Positions 12,196 through 26,239 of a stretch of DNA of 62,280 bases are shown here, piece by piece (the stretch's first letter is position 1; each line of letters opens with the position of its first letter). The notes below the pieces were generated by a model. The model did not search any database. It saw only the letters and a program-made list of their open reading frames with translations, and had not been told where the DNA came from. The translations under genes were made by a program, and so were the position numbers. This DNA is from Rhynchobatus australiae (Eukaryota). Location of the stretch: contig JAUZTB010000066.1 in assembly GCA_034780895.1 (NCBI GenBank), positions 25,170,059-25,232,338 on the forward strand, written 5' to 3'.

Positions 12196-14579
12196 AAAAT
12201 GTCCCAAAATTCCTAATGCTTGCCCATGAACAGTTGTTCTACACCTTTTCATATATCAGTCGTGTTTTTGTACTGAATTATCAACCCTCTTCAACTTTAA
12301 TTGTAGTTTGTGGTTCCGCTGCTNNNNNNNNNNNNNNNNNTGTGGAAACCGCTGAATATATGTATGATAAAAGTACAGCTGCTGCATCAAGCAGTCTGAA
12401 AGTTTTGTTTAGCAAATTTAATTGTCCAATTTGGGAGGTTTTTGAAGTATGGATTATATTGAGAACCTGCAGATTTTTGGTATTTAATTTAGGATTATTG
12501 ATTGAAAATGTGCCCTTCTTTCAGGAGTTAATTTCTCCAGAGGAATTAGCAGCTCTACACCAGAAAGCAGACAGTGGTGCTGTATTGTGGTGAGCCAAAT
12601 CAGATCTGGTTATTTGTGCATCAGTACTACTTGGAATGGTCACTGCTATTCCTGCACTTGCCTCTTGAACTGACTATTACCAACCAGGGACTGGAAGTTA
12701 ATGTAGTATGCTACTCATAACAGTAAGTACTCAGATTTATCAAACCAGATATTACAATCAAATTTAAAAATCTCTGCATCAGAATATAGGAGACATGGTT
12801 CTTGGGTTGGGTTTGTATCTGAATCAGAAATTCTGTATAGGGAGAGAATTTTGGGGGTCAGAATTGCAAATACCAATGCAATAATAATAGAATAATAAGC
12901 AATTTGAATTCCTGGGAATAAATGAGAAACTGTAATTCTACAGGATTATTTGAGGATTTATTGAGTGTTGACTGCACTAACTGCAATTTGGCATCTTGCT
13001 AGTTTGCCTAATCCTTTAAGCAGACCAAGAAATGTGTGTCTTCATAAATTCCTCCTCATCAGACACGTTTCTGAGCATGTTTTAAATACCAGAATCTAGA
13101 ACTGAACCACGGTGAGTGTGCTGGAATCTGTACATTGGTTTTCTTTTCCATTTCTCTCATCTCCTATTCTCAGCATTGACTACATCTGGGGTGAAGTTTC
13201 GTGAGAATTGCCATGTCCATGTATCGTGGTGTTTGGTGGGTACACCAATCAGATGGTGCATAAAAACAGGAGATAAGATGGTGCTGAGCCCAATGATCTT
13301 TTTGCCAATCTACACATGCTCACTTTCAGGAACAGGATGGAACTTGCATGATTTTATTCCTTAGTTGAGCTGTGCTAACTGCTCAGTTCCAGTTTAAAGC
13401 AAGAAATGTGATTAAAAGATATCTTCCTGTATTATAGTATTTCTCAACCATTCCAGCCCCATTGGCTGGAGGCTGCATCTCCCAGCCAATAGTCAATACG
13501 TTTGGAAATACTGAGCCGGGAAAATGACTAACTGTCCACTTGATGCAGCCCTTTTATGCAGTTCACCTGAGAGCTATTTGTACCCTTTGTGCTTAATGCC
13601 CACATCAGCTGGATGCTGCTTTTGGGTGGTGTCATTTTGTATCAACCCATCTTTACATTTATCTTAAGGAGTCAGTATCAGTGGGTAAGCAGAGTTCCAC
13701 TGAAATACATTAAATCCATAAGACAGCAAATAATTCTGAGACTTTTCTCCTCATTTATGTCATTAGTATATAATTTATATAAAAAATGGCTTCATGCGAA
13801 CAAGGAATTTCATTGCACCCTGGTATATCTGAAAATAATCTGGATCTCTGTATAGAAGACCAGAAAAAGATGGGAGCATAAATAGTGGAATAAAGAGATC
13901 CAATTGAATATGACCTCTATCTAAAATTCTAACTGTTTTTTGTTCTACTGCAGTTCTGAACTTGCTGCTCCACTGGCATTGCAAGATTTCTCTTGGAATA
14001 AAATCTGGAAGTTCATTATTTTCAACCAACCCAAATTCAGATCTGAGCCTTGTGTTGATGTTCATCTTTGGGCAGGCCTGGACTAAGCTAGCTTTTGGTT
14101 CCATCAGCTTTTCTTGTTCAATTGTCATGTTTAACAACTGTAATTATGGATAAAAATATATATAATTACAATATCTACTTCTGAATTGTGTGAGGTTGAG
14201 AGATTAAAAATTTCTTTGTAGATGTGAGGCTAAAGCTTTCAGCCCTCCAAGCTGTATCCTGTAATAAGCTTTGTTCCACTGAATTATTGTGATATGAATT
14301 CAAATAATGGTATGTGGAGCTTCTTGTAAATGCATGTAGGTCAGTGGAGGCCTGGCTGATAGAGTGGATTAATTTAAGGTGACGTTAACCTCATCGAGGA
14401 TGTTGCGTACCATTCTAGGCACTATAACACAGAAGGAATATCTTGGCCTTTGAGGAATTAAGAGGTGGACAAACAACATTTATTAATATAAAGAAGAATG
14501 ATGCAAAAGTATTGGAGAAATGATGGCTTGTGGACAATAAGACTGAGGGTAGATAAAAACTGGATTGCAATAATATCAA

Positions 14580-15410
14580 ATTATTTAGTTCTGGGATGTG
14601 GATGTCACTGGGACCATAAGAATCTGTTGTCGATCTCTTACCCTCCTGGAGAAGTGGATGGTGAGATGCTGCCTTGAACCACTGCAGTCCTTATGTTGAA
14701 GGAACTCCTGCAGTACTGTTGGGTAGGAAGTTCCAGGTTTTTGATCCAGCAACAAGGAAGGGTTCTAAGGCAGGATAGTGTGGAGTGAGAACTTACGGAT
14801 GGTGCTTGTATGCTGCTGTCTCTCAACTTCTAGATAGAGGTTTGGGAAATGCCATCCAAGAAACCTTGATGAGTTACTATGGTACATTTTGTTGAAATGC
14901 AAATACTAGGCAGTGGAGGGAGTGAATGTTTGTGGTGGATGGGGTGCCAGTTTTGTGGGATACATTTTCCTGAATTGAGCTTCTTGAATGTTGTTTGTGC
15001 TGCATACAAGCTGACAAGTGGAGAGTCTTGTTGATAACTGAGCACAGTGGGAAGCAAGTCACTCACTATTAAGTACACAGATTCTGACCAGCACTTATAA
15101 CCACTGTATTTACTTGGCTTTACAATTTACGTTTTAGTCCTTGGTGACTCTCAGGATGATGACAGTGAAGCATTCCAGGATGATGATGCTGTTGAATGTC
15201 AGTGGGAAAAGGATAGATTCTTTGTTGTAGAAGACCAGTCTTTAATGGCTACTTGCATGGGTAGCTGGTTTGTCGTCTGAGCCTGGGCCTTGCACCATGC
15301 AGGCCTGGGCTGTGATTGGAACTGAACTCTTCAATAATCGGTAAACATCCCCACTTTTGACCTTGAGAACAAATGCACTGATAAAGCAACTCAAAATGGT
15401 CGGGCTAAAA
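14580..15410 (-). mobile_element. CR1/L2-group LINE 3' portion, antisense copy of the 7770-9790 family
   Basis: gccttgaaccactgcagtcc...ggaagttccaggtttttgatccagc is the reverse complement of the 3' UTR at 9600-9700. Confidence 0.65.
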
Positions 15411-16709
15411 TCAGACGTTAGAATTAAAAGATATGATTAGTTTTAATGAGTTAATTTCAGATTTAATCTCTTGTGTACCAAAAACTTTGAGGATATATTG
15501 CATATCCTAAATTTGTCAGATGGAACCAGGCAAATGGAAAGCAGGGCAACTCCCAGCAAAGACTGAACAGTGAGAAAGGCAGAGACTGACTTTTCATCTG
15601 AAGAAAATATTTAACATTTCCAACCCTCTCCTCCCCTTTTTAAAAAGAAGCAGAATGTAGAAAGTGAAAAATATGGAAGCTGTTGGAGAAAATTCTACTG
15701 TTGAGCATAATGCAAAAACCATTGAAGGTAGTAGAGGAATGTCAGTCTTTGCTGTTTATTCTCCTCCTATCTGAAGGACACTTATTCCCCTGAAGCTGAT
15801 GATACTTAAGTTAATGGTGNNNNNNNNNNNNNNNNNNNNNNNNNNNNNNNNNNNNNNNNNNNNNNNNNNNNNNNNNNNNNNNNNNNNNNNNNNNNNNNNN
15901 NNNNNNNNNNNNNNNNNNNTGGTGACATTTCTCGTACTGTTTCCCAACCCCTGCTTCCCCTCCAGCTGAATATGCTGACCTTTGCTGCATTGTGGTTGCG
16001 TTAATGTTGATGCATTATCCTACCCCAAATGGCAATCTTTTGTTTGTAAGGTGCTGACCATGTCTAATTCTGGCCCCCTTCACCACCCGTGCAATGTCTA
16101 CATACATGATGTCAATGGATCTTGGGGAGTGAGAACCAAGCAGTCTATTCAAACTGAGCCACTCCTTGTGTCTGTGGCATCCCTAGTATTGCAGTGGTTG
16201 AAACCCATTAATGCGACATGTATCCCTCCAGTTGTAAAACAATTTCATGTGACCTCCGGCATTTGTAGCGTGCCAGCTTTTGGTTTAATCGTGTGTACAT
16301 TTTGTTCTTGAATGGATAAATTGCAAATGAGGGTGTGGGGGAGACGTTAACCAAGTAGAGAAGCTAATATTTCACCTCTTTGTTTCTCTAAAGCTGATGT
16401 TCATTTTAAAGGAACCTCCACTTTTTTCCATGGCGCTTTGTTCAAGAGCGTTTCAACAAAAAGTGGTCTTTGCTACACAATAGAAGGTGGTTACCAAGTA
16501 AAAGAGTATTTGNNNNNNNNNNNNNNNNNNNNNNNNNNNNNNNNNNNCCAGTTAGCATTAGGTGTTCCCAATTCAGACAGTATGGTTTGGATCAAACCAC
16601 ACATGCTCAGGGCAGGTTAGTGGCTGCAAAGATTCCTTTGCTTAGCCTCAACTTTAAGAACGCCCCTCTACTAACTGGTTTAATTCCTTTAAGTGCTTTG
16701 GAAAATTGA

Positions 16710-17100
16710 TACAAGGGGAATTTGCAGTTTCTTCAATGGAGATTGTCTCAAGGAGCTTTGTAGACACACGCTTCAGAAAAAAGGTAACTAATCACAAAAA
16801 CAGAACCTATGAACAGTTAACAAAAATGTGTTGTGAAGAGGTTCATAGCAAGGAAGATGGGCGTCGATAGCAAGCAAGAACAAGGCCTTGTGGGAAAAAA
16901 TTCAGAGTGTAATATTTAAAGAGCTAATGTTTGGTGACGGGGTTCTTGTATGGGTTGAGAAAGATAGCATTGGGATGAGTGAGATCATGAAAAGAATTTT
17001 AACACAGGTTAGAATTTTAAATTGAGGTACTGGGAGCAGTCTAGGTCAGAGTGATGGGGCTGAGAGATGAGTGGGATGTAGTGTTTAGCTTATGAACACG
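16710..17100 (-). mobile_element. Decayed L2-type fragment
   Basis: ttaacacaggttagaattttaaattgagg...ctaggtcag...gatgagtggg matches the L2 segment at 36085-36190. Confidence 0.4.
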
Positions 17101-18989
17101 TGGGTTATCATTTTTAAATTTATCTGTCCTCTCCAGTTTCAGTTTGGTGCAATGCCATTAGTCATCTCAGAGGTAATCTTAATTTAAAAAAATGTAATCA
17201 AAAAGGCATTGTCCTGAAGGTTGGTGATGTTCATGCTCTAATAAAAGGGACTTTCCCTTTTTTACATAACGTTTGGTTGGTCCACCTGCATCCTGAGNNN
17301 NNNNNNNNNNNNNNNNNNNNNNNNNNNNNNNNNNNNNNNNNNNNNNNNNNNNNNNNNNNNNNNNNNNNNNNNNNNNNNNNNNNNNNNNNNNNNNNNNNNN
17401 NNNNNNNNNNNNNNTCTGCTGGTGGCAATATTCCAGGTACATTGTTTATTAAAGCTGCCAGTTTGTTATAAATGAATTGTATTTCCGTTGACCATGATCC
17501 ACTAAGAAAAGTTGAAGTATGATCTGCTTTCACTGACCCCATTAGAATATGGATTATAAATGACCCAACACCTCTAAGACTGGTTTGTTTTCTTTACACT
17601 ACCATTTGCGATGCATTCATTGTCTTTGCCTAACAACTCAGATGAGGAATAGTATTACACTAACCCCTAGAAAATCTGAAGCTTTTTCACTAATGACACT
17701 GCTCCCTAGTTACTGACAATATTTACTACTCTAAGCACATGTTCCTCTTGGGTGGATAGGTATTTACAGAGTACATTTAAATTAGCTGGTTTTAAAAATT
17801 GCTTTGTGTCAGTATTCCCCATCAGAAATCCTTGCCTTGGGTCCCTTCAGTTAATCAGCAGAAGCACTTTACATGCTGGATCAAAAACCTTGCATGTTGA
17901 ATCACAAAAGAAATGAAAATCATTCTTGTTTTTATAATGAGGTACTGTTCTACAAAGCAAAATTAAAGTTTCCAATCTAAACAGAAAAACAGAAGAATGG
18001 TTCTATTCAAATTAAAAGATGTGGCAATGCAGGTATTTTATAATGGTGCCAAAGCTTAAGATCAGTATGATCAAATCATGTACACACGGTGCATTCTCTC
18101 TGACTTGCTCATTGGCTTTATGTACATGATTATAACCTTAAGTTATGGTATTTTCACTGTACAGTTCCTCGTTCCTCCTTCCAGACTTCCAATTCTTATC
18201 CATTACTAAAACACTATTCAATTATTGGCACACTCATTCATACCCATAGAATTTGTGCACCATGTTGAATTAATTGAAATTAATCAATACTATGGACCCA
18301 GTGAATTGGAATCAAATATAGGTCATATATCATACCTGTCTTTATGGGAAGATGATAATAACAGCCCCATTCCAGAATGACTGACTTTATGCACTGTTGG
18401 ATGAGACAACTGGTGGTTTGTGAAGGTAATAAATTGTGCAGAGTCTTGTTCCCTTAGGCAGGGAGTAATACTTCCAGAACTAAACCAATCCCCTCCACGT
18501 AGAATCTCAAGACAGTTTGAATGTTTAAATTTGCATTTTATACATCCTCACAATGTGCTCACGGAGAGCATTCTGGAACCCATGCCAATAGGGCTCTTTT
18601 GCTTTTTTTTCTTGTAGAAAGTTTGGGTAGGCTCATGATCTGAAATTCAGCACCATTAAATCATTGAGCCCAAGGACCCTCCCCCACTCCATTCAGGAAT
18701 ACTTCCTTCCAGCCCAGTTCAGATGAATGGAAACTGCTTTTATGCGATTTCTGTTAATGTAGGTTGCTGTTGCACCCCAGCTACCATGTGGCCTTGACAG
18801 AGAAAGGTTTTGCTCAAAAGATGAGACCCAATGTGATCCAGAACATCTGTTTAAGTAACTACTGTCTTATTTATGGGCCTCCCTCCCATTTCTGTTTTGT
18901 CACTCTGTGGATCATTGCCNNNNNNNNNNNNNNNNNNNNNNNNNNNNNNNNNNNNNNNNNNNNNNNNNNNNNNNNNNNNNNNNNNNNNN

Positions 18990-19340
18990 ATAATTGAAGT
19001 GGAATTTTTGTCACAATATCAGATGCAAAGCATTCATTTTGTGCACAGCAAGCTCTCATAACAATGTTAAAATGACCAGCTGATCTGATTTGTGGATATT
19101 GTTTGAAAGATAAACATTATCCAAAGTGGGGAACTCTGCCTCTCTTTAAAATTAGTCATGGGATCTTTTGCAAGTGGTGGAGGGTTCTTTGTTAAATGTC
19201 TCATCTGAAAAATGGCACCTCTAACTTCCATTGCACAGGATTATCAACCTGTGTTTTGCAGCCAAGTCATTGGAGAATTTGAACCCACAGCCTTCTGTCT
19301 CTGACAGGTAGTTATTACCATTGAGCCATGGCTGATATGG
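18990..19340 (-). mobile_element. Deu-domain/SacSINE1-like SINE
   Basis: ttgtgcacagcaagctctc...atgaccagctgatctg...catgggatcttttgc...ttaaatgtctcatctgaaaaatggcacctct...ttgaacccacagccttctg...accattgagccatggctga, with the tRNA-derived head at the right end. Confidence 0.65.
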
Positions 19341-19350
19341 TTAATCTCAT

Positions 19351-19487
19351 GTCCTGATGCAGGGTCTTGACCCAGGAAGTCCTCCATCTTTCTGCCTTCA
19401 CAGATGCTGCTTAACTCACTGAGTTCTTCCAGCAGCAATTGTTTTTTTGCTCCAATTTACAGTATCTGCAGTCTCTTGTGTCTCCAT
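19351..19487 (+). mobile_element. Penelope-like 3' tail with hammerhead-like motif
   Basis: gtcctgatgcagggtcttgaccc...cacagatgctgcttaactcactgagttcttccagcag...atctgcagtctcttgtgtctcca. Confidence 0.7.
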
Positions 19488-20269
19488 AATTAATCTCAGC
19501 TCTGGCTAATGATGTGGGATATTTCCTTTGACTGACTGTGTGAGCAAACAGAGGTCTGATGTAGATCAGCTTTGTGTGTCTAAATGTCCCAAGTCTGTTT
19601 GTATTTCTCAACACCCATCATTGAAACCCAGGCATTGATTCATAATGTGCACAATCTTCTCAGTTATCCATGCAGATTTGATCACCAAAGGGTTTGTATA
19701 GTTGAACTGTATGGAGCAGAAGATCTTGAGTTATTGGTGTCTGTACCAAGTTAGTTGATCTCAGCCCTGGGCAAGAGAGATGAAAGGAAAGCTAATCAAC
19801 TAATTTCCATGCTTTGTGAATGCCTTCCAGTGAAAGACAGTCCTCTTCCCAGTGGAAAGTCTTATGAATGTTGAGTGAATACATGATAGGAACTTCAATA
19901 AACTCAACAATATCCACTGTTTTCAAAGTTTGCAACTTTGCAATCTTTGCAACTTTTTGAGAAATGGTGGGTATTATTGAGCTGATTGAAATTAACCATT
20001 AATGCCCTTTATTTGTATGTACATCTTTCATGTAGGTATATCCTTCACATAATCTCATCATATATCATTGTCCTTTTCCTGCCAGTGGATCTATAGTTAG
20101 ACCTCTATTGTTAATCCAGTCTGTAATAATTCAGCTGTATTTGAATTTGTGTCTAAACCTAGATATTAATTTAACTTTAACAAATTACCTTTATCTGGGT
20201 CAAGAAAAACTATTCCCCTATTCCTTTCACTTGTATGTAATCTAATTTTGCCTCCTGAATTCTAGTGGC

Positions 20270-20830
20270 AGCATGATTTTAAAGCATCAACATGTGCCTT
20301 TGAGACATGGCTCCCAAAATATGGAACACAATCCAGGTTTTCCAGAGTCTCTCTGTGGGTCTTCACTGTCAGGAGGCGGTGTTGTGCAGCAGGAGCAGAT
20401 TGGTAGAGGACCTTTTGTCCTCAGGATATTCAGTGTAAGGCCTGTCTTTTCATATGCTTCATTGAAGAAGTTGATGATGCTCAGAACACAGAATGTGCAC
20501 AAATGCAAACATCTTGATGACTGAGATTGGAGTGGTTTTGTTTTGGAGTGCAGACATTGAAGGTTAAACAGTTCACTGCTTGTTCTGTGGATTAACTCCA
20601 CTCTAGCTGGAAGCATGTTGAGGTGAGCAGCCAAGGAAGATGGAGAAATTTGGGGCAATGACATAGCCTTGCTTATCCCAGACTGTATTGGGACTGAATT
20701 TGTGACAGACCTGCTGGCTAGGATCACATCTTTCAGGTCATTGTGTAACAGACATGGAATAGTAGTTTCTGAGAACTGTCAAATTTAAGAAGAATTCACC
20801 ATGATCCCGTTTGTTTGACAGAGCTCAGGG
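20270..20830 (-). mobile_element. RTE-clade LINE reverse-transcriptase fragment
   Basis: ORF 20287-20727(-) contains VELIHRTSSELFNLQCLHSKTK and IINFFNEAYEKTGLTLNILRTK, typical of RTE RT (YRTDG-LFNL-RL; GLTLNI-KTK). Confidence 0.7.
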
Positions 20831-23800
20831 CTTTTGTAAAGTTGATTCAGACCATGTGCAGTGGTTAGTGCTCTCTGTATAGTACTTAGATTTGCTATAC
20901 AATGAAGATCATGCATGTCTTGATGACTGGGATCTGTATAATGTATCTGGGAGGAGTGCTGGGATGCAGAGGATTCTTGCTATGGCTTTCCCTGCAGCAG
21001 GCAGTAGGAAGACCCCTCTGGAATTATGTAATCAGACATTTCCGTAAGGAAATTCATGATTATGACATTTTTGAGATCCCCTGACATGTTCTGCTGTTCC
21101 CAGATGAGGGAGATGATGTCATGAGATTGTAACACACTCAGTAGCAATGCTGCCGTGAAGAATGGCAAATAGAAAGATTTGATTTTTTTCAAAAAAATGG
21201 TTCTCTTTGAAATTAGATGTGATAAAGAGGTAATTTTGTAGTGAACAGAATTAAGACTGAAACCGATAGAATAGAGCATACTCAAGTGTAGAATATGGAT
21301 TAAATATATTAAAATTAGAACAGAGTGGTAGAAACATTTTTAAGGAAGAAATGGGATTATGGATTAAAGTACTATGGTTAAACTCAGATGATGTCATTGA
21401 TTAAGAACTGGTTAGGTCGGGGACTGAAGAAAAGGGGNNNNNNNNNNNNNNNNNNNNNNNNNNNNNNNNNNNNNNNNNNNNNNNNNNTTATGTAGAAGAT
21501 AAACATCAACATACAGCAGTTAGGATTGTCTATATTTGATTAACTTCTCACTGGAATTCTCCTCCTTTATCACCACATGCAGACACTTGTACACACACAC
21601 ACAGTGCTATTTGGACACCTTAGGGCACTGAGGACAGTGATAGAGGTTTTAATTTTATCCTTGGGCAAATCAGCCAGCTCAGCCAAAATCAGCCACATTT
21701 TTGACTTCGATGCTATGGTGAATAGAAAATGCATGGATCTGGATCTTCTATTCAATTGTACTTTTCAAACTTTGTCTATCTAGAGCAAAATATCTTTCAA
21801 TGTTGAGTATGAATTATGTTCACTGCGTGGTGTTCTGCTGTCACTTGCACCAATTTTAAGATTGGCCCTGAAATAGACCCCACCCACAATTGATCACACA
21901 CCCAGGTGATTTAATCCCCATTGGGAGTTCTATTTAATTGTGGCAATTTATGGGATTTACACCAATCTAACTGGAAAATAATTCTTTCTTTTATTTAATA
22001 CTTTAAAATTGGATTATTCAAAAATTGTTGGTATTGTGCGTTGAAAATATTTTGCAATAAATGCATTTTCCTCTATCAATGATGCATTATTGACACTTTG
22101 TTAAAAGACACATTCTTCATGCATATTTTTAAGTGCATTTTAAAACACTACCAACTCCACTGCATCATGGCAGATATTTCATTCCACAAGATTGAAATGA
22201 GTTAGAGCAGAAATTTGCACCAGAATCACTAACTGCACCAAATCTGAAACTACCCCATGGTGCTTTCAGCAGCACAAACTCTTTTGACTAGCTTGAAGCT
22301 GCATAATAATTTGTCCCAACCTTGCGGCAAAACATAACTTTGGGGAAAGAATGTTCATATTGATGCCAGGAGTAAGGAACAGTTTGCAGATGAAAGCCAT
22401 ATATGCTTTCCTGGGTCCTTCCCCAGTGTGCCCTACATTTAAGCTATGTGCATTGATACAGCACCAGAAACTCTAGACTTTTTTTAGGTTCTAGGCTTTT
22501 TTTCNNNNNNNNNNNNNNNNNNNNNNNNNNNNNNNNNNNNNNNNNNNNNGAGGAAGAGGGAAAAGAAAGCATGAAGAGCAGGTTGTGGTAATGAGGCTTT
22601 GAGATTTGTTTTTAAAAAAACCTACTGAATGGAAAGCTTTCTTTTACATAAAGTTTTATCTCATTAAATATCTTAGTGGTTCATGCATAGAATTCCCTTT
22701 GAAATGCTGTGATTGTTATATAATAGACCTGGTTGCCGTTCTGCCATTCGCCACAAACAGTAAGATGAGCATCCAGTTAATCAGCTTTTTTTTAATTGAT
22801 TAAGGGAGAAATTATGACTGAGACAGTGAGAAAATTCCCAAGTAAGATCAAAATTCTGCAGGTAATATGATATTTTTACCTGCACAGTGTGAATGCATTT
22901 GGTCTTTTGATTTAACTGCTGTGTGTATGATCTACCTGGTATCACACCAAGCATATGCTATTTATACTTGAACATAAAAGAGCTTGGCAAGTAAGGGCAA
23001 GCTTGAAGTGTAACAGGCACAACAATAGAAGATAACCCAAGACAGGATGTTGTGCTGTTTTGTAGATGAGACCAAGATGTTTTTATCCCATGCTGTAAAG
23101 TGCAGGTCAGTGCTGGGTAAGGGTGCTTGTTTTGTTCTCCCTACTGTTTGTATTGAACACATACAGTTTAGGTAAAAGTACTTGAGAATTGCAGAGTAAA
23201 CTTGTTTCTCCTTTTCTCAACTTTACTGTTCACTCAGTACGCCTGAGTAAAATTTTCACTCGTAACACCCAGCCACCCAAATGACTCATGAAGGAGAATA
23301 TGCTAAATTTTGGACAGTTGTCTGCTGTAACATTGCTCGGGCACTATACTGAATCCAGTGGCTTTAAACTCCTTGCAGTTAAAATAGGAAAAAGGCTTTA
23401 ATTCCCATCAGGCTAGATTGCAATTAAGTCTTGAGTCCTGGTGGTTAATTAAGTGCATTGAACTTGCACCATCATGTTATTTAGTGGTTCATTTGGAAAG
23501 TTAGGGTTGGAGGGAACTTGTGGAACTTTTTTTATATCTTTGAATTCTGTGGCATTTTCTATCCTTGAACACATTTGATAGCAACATGTGGAGTGAATTC
23601 CCTTGGCACTGTTAATGTGTTAAAAGAAATTTGGTTCCATGTATGTAGTATGTAAATATTCACAGGACCAAGTGCAAGTTCATATGAACCAAACAGAAGC
23701 AGCTTCCAGTCATTTGGAAAGCGAGTTGATCTGATAGCTGGATCCTGATACTGTCGTGTCAGATCTTGAATAGATTTTGTTAATCCCTGAACAGAAACAT

Positions 23801-23959
23801 TTGACCCTCCTTCCATTGTCTAATTTCTTTTATTGAAAACTTTCAAGTATTAGCAAGGTTCCAGACCTGCTCCCTGTATCACCAATATGACAGAAAACAT
23901 CTCTATTATGGGAAAGGGATGATGTTGCCCAAGGCAATGTGCAGTACCCACCATTATGT

Positions 23960-24360
23960 GGAGACATGAGACTGCAGATGCTGTCATCTGGAGCAAAAAG
24001 AAATTGCTGAAGGAACTCAATGGGTCGAGCAGCATCTGTGGAGACAGAGGGATGATCAATGTTTCGGAATGAGATCCTGCACCAGGATTGAGAGTGTAGA
24101 AGGGAGATAGCCATAAATAAAGAGGGGTGANNNNNNNNNNNNNNNNNNNNNNNNNNNNNNNATGGGTGGAAGCAGGTGAGGAGGGTGATGATGGACAGGT
24201 GGGGGGGGGGTGGAATTGGGTGAAGGTGGCTGGTGAGTGATAGGTGGAAACAGATAAGGAGAGAAAACATGGGGGACAGATAGAGCCAGGTGGAGATGGA
24301 GACAGAAGCTAGAAAGTGACATGGTGACACAAGAGGCTTCAAATGGTGGATTCTTCGGTA
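23960..24360 (-). mobile_element. Penelope-like 3' UTR/tail
   Basis: ggagacatgagactgcagatgctg...gctgaaggaactcaatgggtcgagcagcatctgtgg...atgtttcggaatgagatcctgcaccagg followed by a purine-rich UTR. Confidence 0.7.
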
Positions 24361-24561
24361 GTTTTTTACTCCACTGTTATGTGGTATCGGTCTATGGCTT
24401 AACCTTTGGCTCTGACTTGTGTATCGGCCAGCCTGTACCATTGACCCTCCAGAAAGCTTTCATATCTCCAAACTGGGTTATTCCAGACCTCAACATACCC
24501 TGTTGATTTCTCCTTGTCTGAATTCTGCTACACGGTCCATAAAATGTAGGGTTCTTGAATA

Positions 24562-24883
24562 CAGGCCGTTCCGGGATAACAAACAGGTTCCATTTTTACA
24601 GATGTCTGTAAGTTGATCTTGTCTGTAAGTTGGAAAATACACAAAAAAAAATCACTAGATATGGTAACCATACCGCCACTGTATTGTAAGGAATGGCATC
24701 AAATGCACATAAAACTGAAAAGAAAGAATAATTACTAAATGTGGAGAGAGAAGAATCTAGTTGCCATTTGTCAGAACGAATACTTGTACATGTGTTGGAC
24801 TTTTGAATTTGCTAATATTATGGGAGCTTGTTTGTACACAGGGGTGTCCACAAGTCAGGCATTCATAACTTGAAGTCAGCCTG
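24562..24883. mobile_element. Tc1/mariner-Tigger-like non-autonomous DNA transposon (MITE)
   Basis: TA|CAGGC... at the left (TA 24560-24561) and ...GCCTG|TA at the right (TA 24884-24885). Degenerate TIRs (caggccgttccgggataacaaac vs revcomp caggctgacttcaagttatgaat) and internal tgtctgtaagttg repeats. Confidence 0.55.
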
Positions 24884-25549
24884 TATAATGTGGGTGTCTT
24901 GAGTAGTGATTTGATTGGTTAAGACTTTGACTGCAAAGGAAATGTAGTGTGAAAGGAGGAGGGTGATTAGAGCTAATGGTGTGGACTATTGAGCTCTGAT
25001 TGGGTAGCAAGGGAATAAAAATTGATTGTTAAATGAATGAATCTATCTGATCTTGCAAGTTATTAGCCAGATAGCAATAACACCTCCAGGGTTGACTTGA
25101 ATACAGGGATAGATACCACAATCCAAATGTAATTGATTGTGAAGGCAGTTGTGTTATATGGACATTAAAAGAAACTACTGGTAATGAATAGATGATTTTG
25201 ACTCCAGGTGACTACATGAGATGATTCAGAAATTGTCTGTCTGCATAAAATGTTGAATGATTTTGAATATTTTATCCATTCTTAATCCAGATAACCAGCT
25301 CTATATTCCATCAATGTCAACGAACATTCCACAAAATAAGTCTTACAAATTCTCTTTGAATCTTTGCAGGTTTATCAGCAAAGGCACAGATCCACCTGAT
25401 TCCCTGTTGGTTTTCTGGGTGAAGATGCAGAATCTTGGTTTGTCTGGATTCCCCATTGGATTCCCCACCGGACACATTGGATAAATGTGCCAAAGTCTCA
25501 ATTGGCCTGAACACCTAATTATTTACTGTGTAAAGGCACTGATCCATGG

Positions 25550-25780
25550 TCTGCAATAGAAACAGAGATTAGTGAACGTACTCAGTAGGTTAGGCAGTAT
25601 CTGGGAAAAGAGAAACTGAGTTAACTTTAGAATCCAATGGTACTTCATATAAGCTGGTAGAAAGTTAGAGAAATAACAGACTTTAAACAAGGGTGGAGAA
25701 ATGAGAGGAAAGAACAAAATGTCAAAAAGGAAGATGGTACAAGGTGAAAGGTATTGGTAATAGGACACCTAAAGGAACAA
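25550..25780 (-). mobile_element. Old Penelope-like tail remnant
   Basis: aaacagagattagtgaacgtactcagtaggttaggcagtatctgggaaaagagaaactgagttaac. Confidence 0.5.
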
Positions 25781-26239
25781 AAGCTTTCCATTTCTGCTCA
25801 ACTGGGTTAAGGCACATTCCTGGAATGAAGAGATTCTCTGCTGTAGTGATTAAGCAACTAAAGGTTTACAAATGTCTTCAGTCCTTTCCTGATCTATTTC
25901 CTTGGTTTCTTATAAAGTTGCATCTTAGCATTACCAAGAACTGCACATCCTGGCAAGTGCTAATAAAATTAAAACAAGTTGCCAGCTCTACTGTTGAGAT
26001 CCTTCCCTGCATTGACATATCAACAATGGGCTTGAACATGCATTGTTCTGACTCGTAAAATTACTTCATTATATTTCCATTTGAAATGCCTTTTTATATG
26101 CAAATTCTGGTGTTCACTTCATTCCTAAATTTTTAATTCTTTAAAAGTTTTGTTTTAACACGATAATAAATCCTCTGGCTGAGAATTCTGCAGGTCTGAG
26201 GCTGCTGCTGAGGTGTGTTTCCACTACTGCTGGCAGGAG

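Noticed and set aside
12525-12589. Exon-like segment ELISPEELAALHQKADSGAVL with ttcAG and gtgagc
   Set aside because: 65 nt (frameshifting), no recognisable homology; likely a chance pseudoexon.
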